Shown: piece after piece, positions 20,417 to 29,875 of the stretch
Numbering within the stretch: the stretch's first letter is position 1
Layout of the letters: every line of letters starts with the position of its first letter
Virus record (IMG/VR): IMGVR_UViG_3300045988_174698
Strand: one strand, 5' to 3'
Length of the DNA stretch: 64,000 nucleotides
Source of the DNA: a virus
The notes under the pieces: model-generated
What the model saw: the letters and a program-made list of their open reading frames with translations, nothing else
Told to the model about the DNA's origin: nothing
Database searches by the model: none
Position numbers and translations under genes: made by a program

Positions 20417-21199
20417 CTATTGAATCTCTAAAGTACCTGGTTCCAGTCCAAGTTCTTTCTCGACTTCTGCGATTGTTTTCTTTACAACCTTATTCTTTAC
20501 TTTTGGCCAAGCAACATCCATTTTTGTGTAATCACTAAGTTTAAAACAGTGTGGTGTTGGAACAAAAATCTTCTTAACTTGGTAGAAACTCCCATTTTTA
20601 GGGGAATTAAAGCATCCACTTAAATAACCCTTAATTTCTCCTTTATTGTTAACATAAACAATAGCTTTAGAAGAAATAATAAATCCAAAATACTCTTGAT
20701 CTTTAACTATTAACTGTACTATTCGCCCAGGTAAAAACTCAGACTTAAAATCATTATTAAGATTAGAATCTACCTTATTATCCTCAACCTTATTTTTTTC
20801 TTTACCTAGAATCTTTTCAAACTGGTCTATAATAGATATGTCATTTGATTTTAATTCAGGTGATTCAAGTAATTTTAATAGATTCTTTTCTGATTTTAAA
20901 ATAATATCACTATATAGAGCAAGTTTATTCTCTTCTATATCATTAATACCTAACTCTTTAAGGATAGTGTTGTCATCATCTGAACAGAAGATATCACTAT
21001 CTCCAGTAAGGTAATGAATATTCTGATTATATGTAACAACATAATAAGATCTTTTATCTGTATCAATTAAGATCTTATAAGGGTGTCCTGAAAGTAATAA
21101 AGATATACTTACCTTAGGATAGTTTAATGTATATCCGTATCTACTTAAGATAAACAAAATGGTATTTAAACTGTTACCATTATATAATAAATAACGCAT
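20417..21199 (-). CDS. hypothetical protein
   Basis: 260-aa ORF. Confidence 0.3.
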   Translation of the reverse strand: MRYLLYNGNSLNTILFILSRYGYTLNYPKVSISLLLSGHPYKILIDTDKRSYYVVTYNQNIHYLTGDSDIFCSDDDNTILKELGINDIEENKLALYSDIILKSEKNLLKLLESPELKSNDISIIDQFEKILGKEKNKVEDNKVDSNLNNDFKSEFLPGRIVQLIVKDQEYFGFIISSKAIVYVNNKGEIKGYLSGCFNSPKNGSFYQVKKIFVPTPHCFKLSDYTKMDVAWPKVKNKVVKKTIAEVEKELGLEPGTLEIQ

Positions 21200-21252
21200 A
21201 ATTTGATTTTTTTGTTCTTTTTAGTTAAAAAACAGTAACAAGTGAAGGCTCA

Positions 21253-22185
21253 CTATTCTTTTACTTCTATAATTTTATATACAGAATTTTGAGTATGAAA
21301 ATGATTTTTATCTACGATTTTAGTTACAGGTGAGGTTGAGAAGCGAAATCCAAGACAAGCTCGAAACCCTACAGTTATAGGTAGACTTAAATATCCTTGA
21401 GTAAGGTACCCTTTATTGATTCCATTTGGATGATGACCTGGCTTATAATTACAAGTATCAGTATCTTCTAACTTTTCAATCTGAACTTTAGTTTGTGCAG
21501 GATAACTACACACCTCATAATATAATTCACGTACACTCCTCAAAGTTTCCTCATGGTGATCATCTGATTCAGGTATTGATCCTTCACAATCACATTTCTT
21601 TAATAGTAGTAATGCTTCGAAGTCAATACACTCTAGATTATTAGCTAACCTTAGAATAGCCGACTTGATATCTCTTTGTTTTAAAATATAAAGAGGTTGC
21701 ATGTGACACCTTACCAAAGAAAGAATAGCTCTTTTGTACTGAGGTTTAATATCAGAAATATATGTATCTAAAATATGTTCAGCAATTGGAACTCCTTTAA
21801 TTGCATGGTCCTTACAGTGGTAAAGTCCATCTTCTCCCTTTTTTGTAGTAACTGGTTTACCTATATCATGTAATAGAGCAGCAAAGATTAGAATATTTCG
21901 ATAGTCCATGTCTTGAAAAAGTACTTCATTACTGTTTTCAATATGCTTCAACATACATTTTGTAACCATACAAGTATGGGTGAAAGCGTCTCCCTCTTTA
22001 TGCCAAAGTATATTCTGAGGAGTTTCTGACAACGCTTTAAATTCAGGAATTTTTAAAAGTTCATCCCAAAAGACAATATTAGTTTTTGGATCATAAATCA
22101 TATTATATAATAAGATTATAAGAGATAATAGTAGTAACAAATAAAATAGCTGAAGATTTTGCAAAATGTATAAAAGTTGAATCAT
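21253..22185 (-). CDS. HD-domain phosphohydrolase
   Basis: IFAALLHDIGKPVTT is the HD motif; downstream His and Asp residues are present. The N-terminus is a hydrophobic segment. Confidence 0.55.
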   Translation of the reverse strand: MIQLLYILQNLQLFYLLLLLSLIILLYNMIYDPKTNIVFWDELLKIPEFKALSETPQNILWHKEGDAFTHTCMVTKCMLKHIENSNEVLFQDMDYRNILIFAALLHDIGKPVTTKKGEDGLYHCKDHAIKGVPIAEHILDTYISDIKPQYKRAILSLVRCHMQPLYILKQRDIKSAILRLANNLECIDFEALLLLKKCDCEGSIPESDDHHEETLRSVRELYYEVCSYPAQTKVQIEKLEDTDTCNYKPGHHPNGINKGYLTQGYLSLPITVGFRACLGFRFSTSPVTKIVDKNHFHTQNSVYKIIEVKE

Positions 22186-22582
22186 AATCCGACATTATTA
22201 GAGATCCTATAGTAATTGCAAATAAAAGGGCAATTGACACTATAAAAATATCTCTATACACTTTGTATGTTTTGTTATTAGATACTACCCACCCTTTAAG
22301 TTTATATGTTAATATAACACCAGGTTTGTTATGGTATATATGGTAATCTTCTGGAGTAGCCTCAAAACTAAGTATTTTATTAGTTTTTATATCTTTTGCA
22401 ATAAGATACATCTTACCATTAGTTTTATAGCCTCCAGATATCTTTTCTCCTCCTATAATCTCACATTGATATGGATTAGTATTTACATAGTTACTAAATT
22501 CAGAGTAATGTAGATTCAAACTTATAAGTATAACTACTATAGAAGGAACCCAATAAGCTAAAATTTTAGAAGGTATATCCAT
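22103..22582 (-). CDS. hypothetical membrane protein
   Basis: 159-aa ORF with two hydrophobic segments. Confidence 0.25.
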   Translation of the reverse strand: MDIPSKILAYWVPSIVVILISLNLHYSEFSNYVNTNPYQCEIIGGEKISGGYKTNGKMYLIAKDIKTNKILSFEATPEDYHIYHNKPGVILTYKLKGWVVSNNKTYKVYRDIFIVSIALLFAITIGSLIMSDYDSTFIHFAKSSAILFVTTIISYNLII

Positions 22583-22583
22583 T

Positions 22584-23006
22584 TTATATCCATGTCTTTA
22601 AAGCTTCCAAAAAAGCTGATTCTAAAGCTTCTTCATATGTATTATAATCTACTCCACTTGCATCTATACTATGAGGAGGTCTTACAATTTTCTTAGAAGG
22701 ATCTATCTGAATATCAACGATTTTATATGTCCAATATCCATGAATAGTGGGAACTATTATAATATGTATCTTATGAATATCTCTTAACCATTTTTGAAGT
22801 TTAGATTGAGTTGGAGCTAAATAATAATTATCTGTAGGATCATAAAACTTACAATTCCAAAGCACTCCTTTTTCATCATAACAAGGGCTACAATTTACAT
22901 ATCCTAATTTTGGAAATAGTTTAGATATTCTATTTCCATCCATATAATGTTTTTCCTTTGCAAGTTTAGCAGTATCAAAAGTAATATGTGATTCCATTAT
23001 TCCCAA
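22584..23006 (-). CDS. hypothetical protein, family A (paralog of 40687..41055)
   Basis: Shares N-terminus M..HxxFDTAKLAKEKHY and APTQSKLQKWLRDIHKIHIII...EEALESAFLEAL with 40687..41055. Confidence 0.4.
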   Translation of the reverse strand: MGIMESHITFDTAKLAKEKHYMDGNRISKLFPKLGYVNCSPCYDEKGVLWNCKFYDPTDNYYLAPTQSKLQKWLRDIHKIHIIIVPTIHGYWTYKIVDIQIDPSKKIVRPPHSIDASGVDYNTYEEALESAFLEALKTWI

Positions 23007-23342
23007 GGTAAAATTTTCTGAGTTATTCTTTTATAGTTATTTAATATTCCTAAGATGTTTGCTCGACCTACAGGATTTGCAGATTGACTTGCAAACTGTG
23101 GAAGGACATATCCTTCATCTATACATTTATCTACAATATACTTGGCTATATCGTATCCAGATTTTTCCTCTCCTAAATCATGATCGAGACAAATTGCATA
23201 AGGTCATTCTTTTTCAAGGAAGTCAATAGCTTCTTGATAAGACTGAGCCCATACAACTTTACAATTTCTGCCAATTGGACTAAAATTCATCCAATCATCT
23301 TCCATTGGATTACGAGCATCATCTATCCAAAAAAGTGTTTTC
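22999..23342 (-). CDS. CheY-like receiver-domain protein (stand-alone)
   Basis: Hand translation MKTLFWIDDARNP...VVWAQSYQEAIDFLEKEWPYAICLDHDLGEEKSGYDIAKYI has the acidic pocket (DD, and D in ICLDHD) and spacing of a REC domain. One TGA. Confidence 0.35.
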
Positions 23343-23346
23343 ATAA

Positions 23347-23592
23347 TCATCTAATTCTTAAATGAGAAAGTAAATTAAAAACTATTAATATAATACAAGC
23401 CATAGTTGGAATAAAGTTTAAAGGAGTCCAAATGAGTATTATAAAGACAAAGCTACTAATATATTTATCCTCAGTATAGTATAAATACATATCTCCTAGA
23501 GTAGTTCCTTCTTTAGATTTTATCCTCCAATAAACGTAGAGAATAATATGATTAATAATTATACATACAAACCAGCAATATACAAATTCCAT
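23347..23592 (-). CDS. hypothetical membrane protein
   Basis: 81-aa hydrophobic ORF. Confidence 0.25.
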   Translation of the reverse strand: MEFVYCWFVCIIINHIILYVYWRIKSKEGTTLGDMYLYYTEDKYISSFVFIILIWTPLNFIPTMACIILIVFNLLSHLRIR

Positions 23593-23642
23593 AATTATAT
23601 TTTATTTAAATGAAATTTTCACTACCTAATTATTTATAAAAG

Positions 23643-23715
23643 TATCCCCACCTTGATTCGAACAAGGACCTTTCGGGTAGAAGCCGAAGATTCTCTCCAT
23701 TGAACTATGGGGACT
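23643..23715 (-). tRNA. tRNA-Arg (anticodon TCT)
   Basis: Hand-folded cloverleaf. Anticodon stem TTCGG/CCGAA, loop CTTCTAC. T-arm CCTTG-TTCGAAT-CAAGG. The acceptor stem pairs. Confidence 0.7.
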
Positions 23716-23755
23716 AAATAAATAGTTTATCTTACTATTTATATAAATATTATTA

Positions 23756-24085
23756 TTAAAGTTTTTGAATATTCTTCATAAAAACTCTAGTAATAATATC
23801 TATATTCATCTTACATTGCTCAAATATATCTATTTTATAAGAATCTTTCAGTGGGCTATCCTCTTTGTATGGCCAATGTGCAATTATAAATTCATATTCA
23901 CATCTAGCCCAGTATTGATACATTAATTTTCTCGTTACAAAATCCTTACACTGCTCAAAATTTTCTTTAGAAGGTTTATCTGCTTTATAAGCATCATTAT
24001 ACTTTCTAACTAGGTAAGGCATTATATCATAATAGGTTGGTTTATTTTTATTATATTCTAACCATAATACTTTGAATGGTATCAT
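23756..24085 (-). CDS. hypothetical protein
   Basis: 109-aa ORF. Confidence 0.25.
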   Translation of the reverse strand: MIPFKVLWLEYNKNKPTYYDIMPYLVRKYNDAYKADKPSKENFEQCKDFVTRKLMYQYWARCEYEFIIAHWPYKEDSPLKDSYKIDIFEQCKMNIDIITRVFMKNIQKL

Positions 24086-24096
24086 AAATTTTACTA

Positions 24097-24294
24097 TTAC
24101 AATTTTTCACCTAAATAATTAACTTCTATAACATTTAAATAGTTAACTTTAAATGGATAATCATCAACTATAGTATTATACTGTATACAAACACTTCTTT
24201 TATCTGTATCATGAAAGCAAGATACAACATGATTGAAATTGATATTACAGTTATATCCTTCACCTATAATATTAATAATATTTATCTTTTTCAT
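24097..24294 (-). CDS. hypothetical protein
   Basis: 65-aa ORF. Confidence 0.2.
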   Translation of the reverse strand: MKKINIINIIGEGYNCNINFNHVVSCFHDTDKRSVCIQYNTIVDDYPFKVNYLNVIEVNYLGEKL

Positions 24295-24334
24295 ATTGTA
24301 TTTATGTAAAAGCTCTTAGTAATAAAATCTTAAC

Positions 24335-24619
24335 TTAAAATTCTAAGTGGTTTTTATACTTGGCAGCACATCGAAGAAACCTATATGGATCCTTTATAAA
24401 AATGCGTTTTATATTAGGATTTAAATGGCTAAGATCTGGGTAAAAACAAAAAAAGCCAAACTTACCTGTATCATCTAAAACAACAACAGAGCTCTGGATT
24501 TTATTACCTTTCATGTATATCTGAACGTCGAAATATGGCCTATACCCAAGTTTAACTAGACTGCTGTAAAATAAAAGGAATTGTTTAGATAATATTATAG
24601 TATATGGATATTCTTTCAT
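24335..24619 (-). CDS. hypothetical protein
   Basis: 94-aa ORF. Confidence 0.25.
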   Translation of the reverse strand: MKEYPYTIILSKQFLLFYSSLVKLGYRPYFDVQIYMKGNKIQSSVVVLDDTGKFGFFCFYPDLSHLNPNIKRIFIKDPYRFLRCAAKYKNHLEF

Positions 24620-24802
24620 TATAGTAGTGAATTAATTATTAAGATAGCTTTTTTACTGTCATAACGACCCTTGTAATCAGATTTAGGTATAATATTCAAT
24701 ACCTTATTGACAATATTCTCACCACTAGTAGCATATAATGCTCCACTTGGATGATAAAAATCATGTCGTAAATCTACAACAATTAATGTACGCTTCATAT
24801 AG

Positions 24803-25120
24803 TTAAATTAAGCATAATAAAATTTGAATAAAGTGTAGACTTTGATCAATATAATATGAAGTAAAATCCTTCATATACTTTTTATAAAGTCCTCTACACT
24901 TCCAGTAATCAATAGCATAATGTCCAACTAGTAACATTATTAATTTCCAAATTGCAGCTAATCCCAAAAAGTGTAATGCAATATAAATACCTAACGCCCA
25001 AATTGCACAATGTACAAACAAGACATAATTATTTTCACATTTATACTTCTTACAAAACTCATCTTGCAACGGATAGTCTAAAACTAAATTTAGAAAGTAA
25101 AGTATAATAAAATTTATCAT
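24803..25120 (-). CDS. hypothetical membrane protein
   Basis: 105-aa polytopic hydrophobic ORF. Confidence 0.25.
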   Translation of the reverse strand: MINFIILYFLNLVLDYPLQDEFCKKYKCENNYVLFVHCAIWALGIYIALHFLGLAAIWKLIMLLVGHYAIDYWKCRGLYKKYMKDFTSYYIDQSLHFIQILLCLI

Positions 25121-25527
25121 TATCTAATCTTTATTTTTGAGAACAAACTTCCAATATCTAAGAAGATTTGTATTATCAATACAATAGTATTTACTACAGG
25201 AACCCATATTAAAAGGAAGATCCAATCATTATCTTGATCTACATAAAAAGAATAAAGATCACCTATTGTGCTTCCACACTTGTCTTCTTCAATCCAATCA
25301 AAATACAGGGAAACGTGTAAATAAACAACTCCTATTAGATAAATACCTAAAATAATTAAAAATGTATACATATTAATCCAGTTTTTCCCAGCATTCTTGA
25401 TCAAAATTCCAATGTCTAATATCACAAATATTAAACTCGAAACATAATCCAAGAATGCCGATATTAAAACAAAAGCCTGCATGATCCCCTTTATTATTAT
25501 AACTAATATGGAAATCAAGCAAGCCAA
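25120..25527 (-). CDS. hypothetical membrane protein
   Basis: 135-aa polytopic hydrophobic ORF. ORF 25373..25699 overlaps it in another frame. Confidence 0.25.
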   Translation of the reverse strand: MACLISILVIIIKGIMQAFVLISAFLDYVSSLIFVILDIGILIKNAGKNWINMYTFLIILGIYLIGVVYLHVSLYFDWIEEDKCGSTIGDLYSFYVDQDNDWIFLLIWVPVVNTIVLIIQIFLDIGSLFSKIKIR

Positions 25528-25926
25528 ATGTATTGATGTTTATAAACAAATAATAACAAATACCAAATAGTTGAATATCAAAGTCAAAAAATTTTGATAA
25601 CTTAAAGATTTTAAATCTAATAGACATTTCTAATGATTTAAACTCTCCTATAGGGTGCACAAACACCCACCACAAAAAATCTAATTTACAAAGCTTCATA
25701 TTTTTCTTAAATTAGAGTAATAAGCGGTTATAGACTATACTTCTAATTTGGGTTAATAACTAATATTATTGTAATACTTTATATCTTCAATATAAGTTTT
25801 CTGTGTATCTCCAGTAGGCCCTATCATAATATTAGGTTTTATTGTTCCGCATGATATATTAAGTATTACTAAGACTATTATAACTATTTTTACTATTGTT
25901 TTCATCTTTATGTTATTAATGTTTAG

Positions 25927-25999
25927 AGTAGGTAACAGGATTCGAACCTGTGATATAGCTTTTGCAGAGCTGGGCCTTAACCAACTTGGCGATACCTAC
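25927..25999 (-). tRNA. tRNA-Cys (anticodon GCA), one C:A mismatch in the anticodon stem
   Basis: Acceptor GTAGGTA/TACCTAC. T-arm ACAGG-TTCGAAT-CCTGT. Anticodon loop CTGCAAA. Confidence 0.55.
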
Positions 26000-26004
26000 A
26001 TGTG

Positions 26005-26095
26005 CGGTAAGGGTGGGATTCCAACCCACGCAGCGATTTCTATACGCTCTAATGCATTTCAAGTGCATCCTCTTAAAGCTCTTGAGTACCTTACC
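26005..26095 (-). tRNA. tRNA-Ser (anticodon TGA), class II with long variable arm
   Basis: Acceptor GGTAAGG/CCTTACC. Anticodon stem ATGCA/TGCAT, loop CTTGAAA. About 20-nt variable arm. T-arm GTGGG-TTGGAAT-CCCAC. Length 91 nt. Confidence 0.7.
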
Positions 26096-26133
26096 AAATT
26101 TATCTATCTATAAACTTTCTAGTAAGTTATTTG

Positions 26134-26206
26134 CTGGACCGATAGGATTCGAACCCACGTTACCCAAATTAACAGTTTGGTGCTTAAACCACTCAGCCAC
26201 AGTCCA
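26134..26206 (-). tRNA. tRNA-Asn (anticodon GTT)
   Basis: Anticodon stem CCAAA/TTTGG, loop CTGTTAA. T-loop TTCGAAT. The acceptor stem has one G-U pair. Confidence 0.6.
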
Positions 26207-26358
26207 GTACATTTTATATATTTATTACAGATAACTCTGCAAAAGTATTTGCAGAAATATTATAAATTAATTAGTCGAGAATGATAGTAATGCTCTATCC
26301 CCTAGAAATCCCAAATTTCTCGTGCTACTTCCACACCCCATTCTCGATAAACTATCCT

Positions 26359-26592
26359 TTATTCAAGGATAGCGTTTAATTTTGCAAGAACACCTTCGTT
26401 TTTCTTACGAATGTTTTCAAGAGCTTCTTTTTCAGCTTGAGCTGCTTTGATTTCCTCGTCTCTTGCTGCAATTTCTAATTCTGCAGAAGCATTTACTTCT
26501 TTAAGACCATCAATTGCAGTTTTGAAAGCATTTAAAACATTGTCTACTTTCTTAGACAGATCTACAGATGTTTTACTTTTTGAATTAAACAT
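26359..26592 (-). CDS. hypothetical coiled-coil protein
   Basis: 77-aa ORF, Ala/Glu/Lys-rich (EIAARDEEIKAAQAEKEALE). Sits inside the tRNA cluster. Confidence 0.3.
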   Translation of the reverse strand: MFNSKSKTSVDLSKKVDNVLNAFKTAIDGLKEVNASAELEIAARDEEIKAAQAEKEALENIRKKNEGVLAKLNAILE

Positions 26593-26649
26593 GTTTAATA
26601 GTTTTTTAAATTAATGCTGTGAGGAGATTTTTGGGACCCCCAATAATAG

Positions 26650-26721
26650 TGAACCATATGAGACTCGAACCCCTCTATTTCCTTGCAAAGGAAATGTGCT
26701 CGCCTTTACACTACATGGCCC
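26650..26721 (-). tRNA. tRNA-Ala (anticodon TGC) with a G3:U70 pair
   Basis: Acceptor GGGCCAT pairs with ATGGTTC, which gives the Ala identity element G3:U70. Anticodon stem TTTCC/GGAAA, loop TTTGCAA. T-arm GGGGTTCGAGTCTC. Confidence 0.65.
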
Positions 26722-26728
26722 AAAATAC

Positions 26729-26914
26729 TTAAAGTTTAATACGAAATTGTCTTATTTTATTACATATTTTACAACGCTGTATATAAACTTTTTCAACTTT
26801 AACTGGGCGACTTTGATAGTCATTTTCAAACACCTTTTTTAATTTTTCTTCAACTGTCTCCCAATCATGTACATGAAATTTCAATTCAAACCATTTCTTT
26901 ATAAGTTCTAACAT
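26729..26914 (-). CDS. hypothetical zinc-ribbon protein
   Basis: 61-aa ORF with a C-terminal CKICNKI. Confidence 0.25.
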   Translation of the reverse strand: MLELIKKWFELKFHVHDWETVEEKLKKVFENDYQSRPVKVEKVYIQRCKICNKIRQFRIKL

Positions 26915-26941
26915 ATTATAAAGTTTTTAATAAAATTTTAG

Positions 26942-27023
26942 AGCCTCCTGTCGGACTCGAACCGACGCGTTCAAATGAAGACGGATTACAAAACCGTTGC
27001 AGTCGCCGCTGTGCCAAGGAGGC
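26942..27023 (-). tRNA. tRNA of uncertain identity (possibly Thr-TGT) with atypical 14-nt extra region
   Basis: Acceptor GCCTCCT/AGGAGGC is perfect. T-arm GTCGG-TTCGAGT-CCGAC is perfect. Best anticodon fold is ACGGT/TCCGT with loop TTTGTAA (TGT). The 82-nt length and long variable region are unusual for tRNA-Thr. Confidence 0.4.
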
Positions 27024-27139
27024 TTATAAACACTATCGTAGTTTGCACGTCTGATTTTTATTGCCACAGAAACTCCATACAAATGATCAATTTATATGTT
27101 AAGAGTTGTTACGCCGCTAATGTCAAATTTAGAAATAAC

Positions 27140-28018
27140 TTATAATGACATAAATTGGTTATAGTTATCCTTGTATCCTATAGAAGTATTCACAAGAAGC
27201 TCGCCATGCATGCTTCTACCAGGCATTGGCACCATAAAGTCATTTCCATATATGTTAGTTAAAACACTTAAATATACTTCTGGAGCAGGAAACATTCCTC
27301 ACTCAAATTTAAGGTAAACCTTATTGTTATAGTCTCTAGCGTTTCTAAGACTTTGTATCTTATTTGGAAATGTAAGATTACCAAATGACTCTGTGGAGAG
27401 TACATTATATCGTTGTCGTAGCTCTTGATATTTTTCTCTAAGATATAAAAGTCTAGATGTGTTTTCCTTAGAAGAATCATAACATTGTATTCTTGTTTTT
27501 ACAGCCAGTGCTTCTAGTTTAATTAAGTGAAGCTGGTGCATAAACTTTTGTCTCTCAACTAGATCATCTGGAACATTATCAAAAGGACATATATCTATAA
27601 AGATCCCTTGGTTAAAGGTAAAATGACCTTCTAAATCCTTTTTGTGAATACATGTTGTGTCACTTCTTCTTAACTTCGTACAGCAATAAAAGGTACTGTC
27701 TGTTCAGTCATTTTGAACAAAATATGGATAATTCAACTCTTTAACTGCACACTCTAAAAATCTATCATAGTCTGTTCTAGGCATAGCAATATCAATATCA
27801 TCGTCCCATGGAATAAATCCACCATGTCTGACAGCACCAAGTAATGTTCCTCCATCTAAATAGTGCTTCAAATGATATTTATCACAGATATTTTTAAACT
27901 GTCATAGCAAATCTAGCTCAACTCCTCAAAGTTCTTTTCTTTCTTTAGACACCAAGAATCCATTTTTTACTTCTGCTTCAAAAAAGTTATCTGGTAATTT
28001 AATATTTAAGTTTACCAT
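27140..28018 (-). CDS. LicD-family phosphotransferase (LicD/FKTN/FKRP nucleotidyltransferase-fold)
   Basis: Reconstructed through at least five TGAs (frame checked). [40 protein letters not shown] is the LicD signature including the DxD motif. The two standard-code ORFs 27268..27480 and 27299..27541 are fragments of it. Confidence 0.6.
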
Positions 28019-28679
28019 TAAATAAAAATTTAGCCAACTCTAAATCATCAGGACTTGTAATTTTAAAATTCATAAGTTCTCCCGAGATATATAAGCATTT
28101 ATTTCCATTATGCTCATATAAGTCAGGTAAAGTCTGATAATTATCTATATTTTTAATCTTTGTAATTATATTATAAAGGCTTCTAAGCATAAAAGTTTCA
28201 GGAGTCTGTAAGATAGCAATTGGCTCCGTTCTTACTCCAGGAACATGTAACGAACTAAGATCTTTTAAAGTGCTAACTGTTGGAATGTATGGAACAACAG
28301 CCGAATTATTAGAATCACAAGAAGACAAACATCTTGTAATTAAATTTGAAGTGAAAAAAGGTCTAACAGAATCATGAAACATAATTTTTTCAATAGAAGG
28401 ATAGTAAGTCATTATGTATTCAAGACCAGCAATTCTAGATCTTAAGCATGAGTACCCTCCTTCTATAATTTTGATATAAGAAAATGGAAAAAGCTTTCGA
28501 AGAATAGGAATATATTCAGGTAGAGTAACTATAACAATTATGTTAAACAGTCTTAACCTAACAAACTTTTCAACAGTCAAATATACTATAGGATGTCCAT
28601 TAATATCTATAAACTGCTTAGGAATATTCATTCCTACCCTAGTTCCTTTTCCAGCAGCATTAATAACTAAGGCATTCAT
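27999..28679 (-). CDS. IspD/TarI/LicC-like cytidylyltransferase (CDP-alcohol synthase family)
   Basis: N-terminus MNALVINAAGKGTRVGMNIPKQFIDINGHPI matches the MobA-like nucleotidyltransferase motif of IspD/TarI/LicC (AAGxGxRxG...PKQ). Its 3' end overlaps the LicD-like start by about 20 nt. Confidence 0.6.
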   Translation of the reverse strand: MNALVINAAGKGTRVGMNIPKQFIDINGHPIVYLTVEKFVRLRLFNIIVIVTLPEYIPILRKLFPFSYIKIIEGGYSCLRSRIAGLEYIMTYYPSIEKIMFHDSVRPFFTSNLITRCLSSCDSNNSAVVPYIPTVSTLKDLSSLHVPGVRTEPIAILQTPETFMLRSLYNIITKIKNIDNYQTLPDLYEHNGNKCLYISGELMNFKITSPDDLELAKFLFNGKLKY

Positions 28680-28723
28680 ACACTTAATCTTATACTCTTT
28701 TTCTTTTAATACTAGTTAATACA

Positions 28724-28975
28724 CTAAAATAAAGATTCATTTCTATTCCTAAAGTAAAGGATAGTACATAGTACTATTACCACAAACCAGATAAAAAGAA
28801 ATAGTAATATTAGACAGTTAATTAGTACTGTTGCCATAGTATTATTTATTATATGTGAGAAATATTTATTTAATTTTAATAGTTGCTCGTTAAAGATTCG
28901 AACTTTAACTTTCACGTTCAAAGCGTGACGTGCACAAACCAAGTACACCAACGAGCAGAAGCAAATCCGCAGCAA
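28724..28975 (-). CDS. hypothetical membrane protein
   Basis: 83-aa hydrophobic ORF. Confidence 0.25.
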   Translation of the reverse strand: MLRICFCSLVYLVCARHALNVKVKVRIFNEQLLKLNKYFSHIINNTMATVLINCLILLFLFIWFVVIVLCTILYFRNRNESLF

Positions 28976-29085
28976 GAATCCACCACAAATATAAAGATAA
29001 AAGTCAATATAACCAAATATTTGTACACTTATTTCTATAATTTGTACAAATTTTTGAGATTACTATTCAGTATAATAACTAACAC

Positions 29086-29445
29086 TTACTTTTGCTTCTC
29101 TTTTAAATAAGTATAGATAATAATGATCATTAAAGTGATAACAATCATCACGAAGAAATATGTTAATACTGTAACAAAGAAGTTTATCCCTAATATGTTA
29201 TTAACAAAGTGTAATAAATAGCACACTAGAACACAATACAACAAAATTCTATGATAAATACAAAATTTGAATGTAAGAGATAAAACAATGAGACCTATTA
29301 GTACTACCATAACTGTTACCAAATCTACACAACTAATAATTACTGTAGAAATTGTATAGTAACGTAGTAGTATTTTAAATAATATGTTTAGTGCTAGTAA
29401 GAAAGGTGCAAAACGAATGAATATTAAACTAAGTTTCTTTAACAT
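29086..29445 (-). CDS. hypothetical polytopic membrane protein
   Basis: 119-aa ORF with about four hydrophobic helices. Confidence 0.3.
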   Translation of the reverse strand: MLKKLSLIFIRFAPFLLALNILFKILLRYYTISTVIISCVDLVTVMVVLIGLIVLSLTFKFCIYHRILLYCVLVCYLLHFVNNILGINFFVTVLTYFFVMIVITLMIIIIYTYLKEKQK

Positions 29446-29563
29446 TCTATAAAATAAAATATCAAATTAATAATTAATATAATAATCACCCAGCTAATTA
29501 TTGTTAATAATCTCGATAAACACCCTAATCTAGTAAGAATATCATGTGATGTAAGTTTCATTA

Positions 29564-29824
29564 TTAAAATTCAGGTTCAAACATACTAGACGCCCATGAC
29601 CAATAGCCACCATCTTCTTCTATAGAATACAAATAGCCATCATCAGGAAGTCTACCGTCTTGCATTTTATGCCAATATTTAGCTTTACTAATAGTGCATA
29701 CTCTTCCTCCATATTCTGTAAGCATATTTTCTGCAAACCAGTACGAATAATCGAGATCCTTACATCCTGGATCATACTTTTCCTTTATTAAAACATTATC
29801 TCCAATTTTGTATAATGATTCCAT
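29564..29824 (-). CDS. hypothetical protein
   Basis: 86-aa ORF rich in Trp and Tyr. Confidence 0.3.
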   Translation of the reverse strand: MESLYKIGDNVLIKEKYDPGCKDLDYSYWFAENMLTEYGGRVCTISKAKYWHKMQDGRLPDDGYLYSIEEDGGYWSWASSMFEPEF

Positions 29825-29842
29825 AAGTTAAAAAGATTTTTG

Positions 29843-29875
29843 TGTGGCTGATGAGAATTGAACTCATGTCCATTC
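29843..29875 (-). other. isolated tRNA 3'-end-like fragment (T-arm plus acceptor 3' strand)
   Basis: The minus strand reads ATGAG-TTCAATT-CTCAT followed by CAGCCAC. No upstream D-arm or anticodon arm, and the flank is AT-rich. Confidence 0.25.

Noticed and set aside
25910-26234. Plus-strand ORFs 25910..26113 and 25962..26234
   Set aside because: They lie over three minus-strand tRNA genes (Cys, Ser, Asn) and are read-through artefacts of the GC-richer tRNA DNA.
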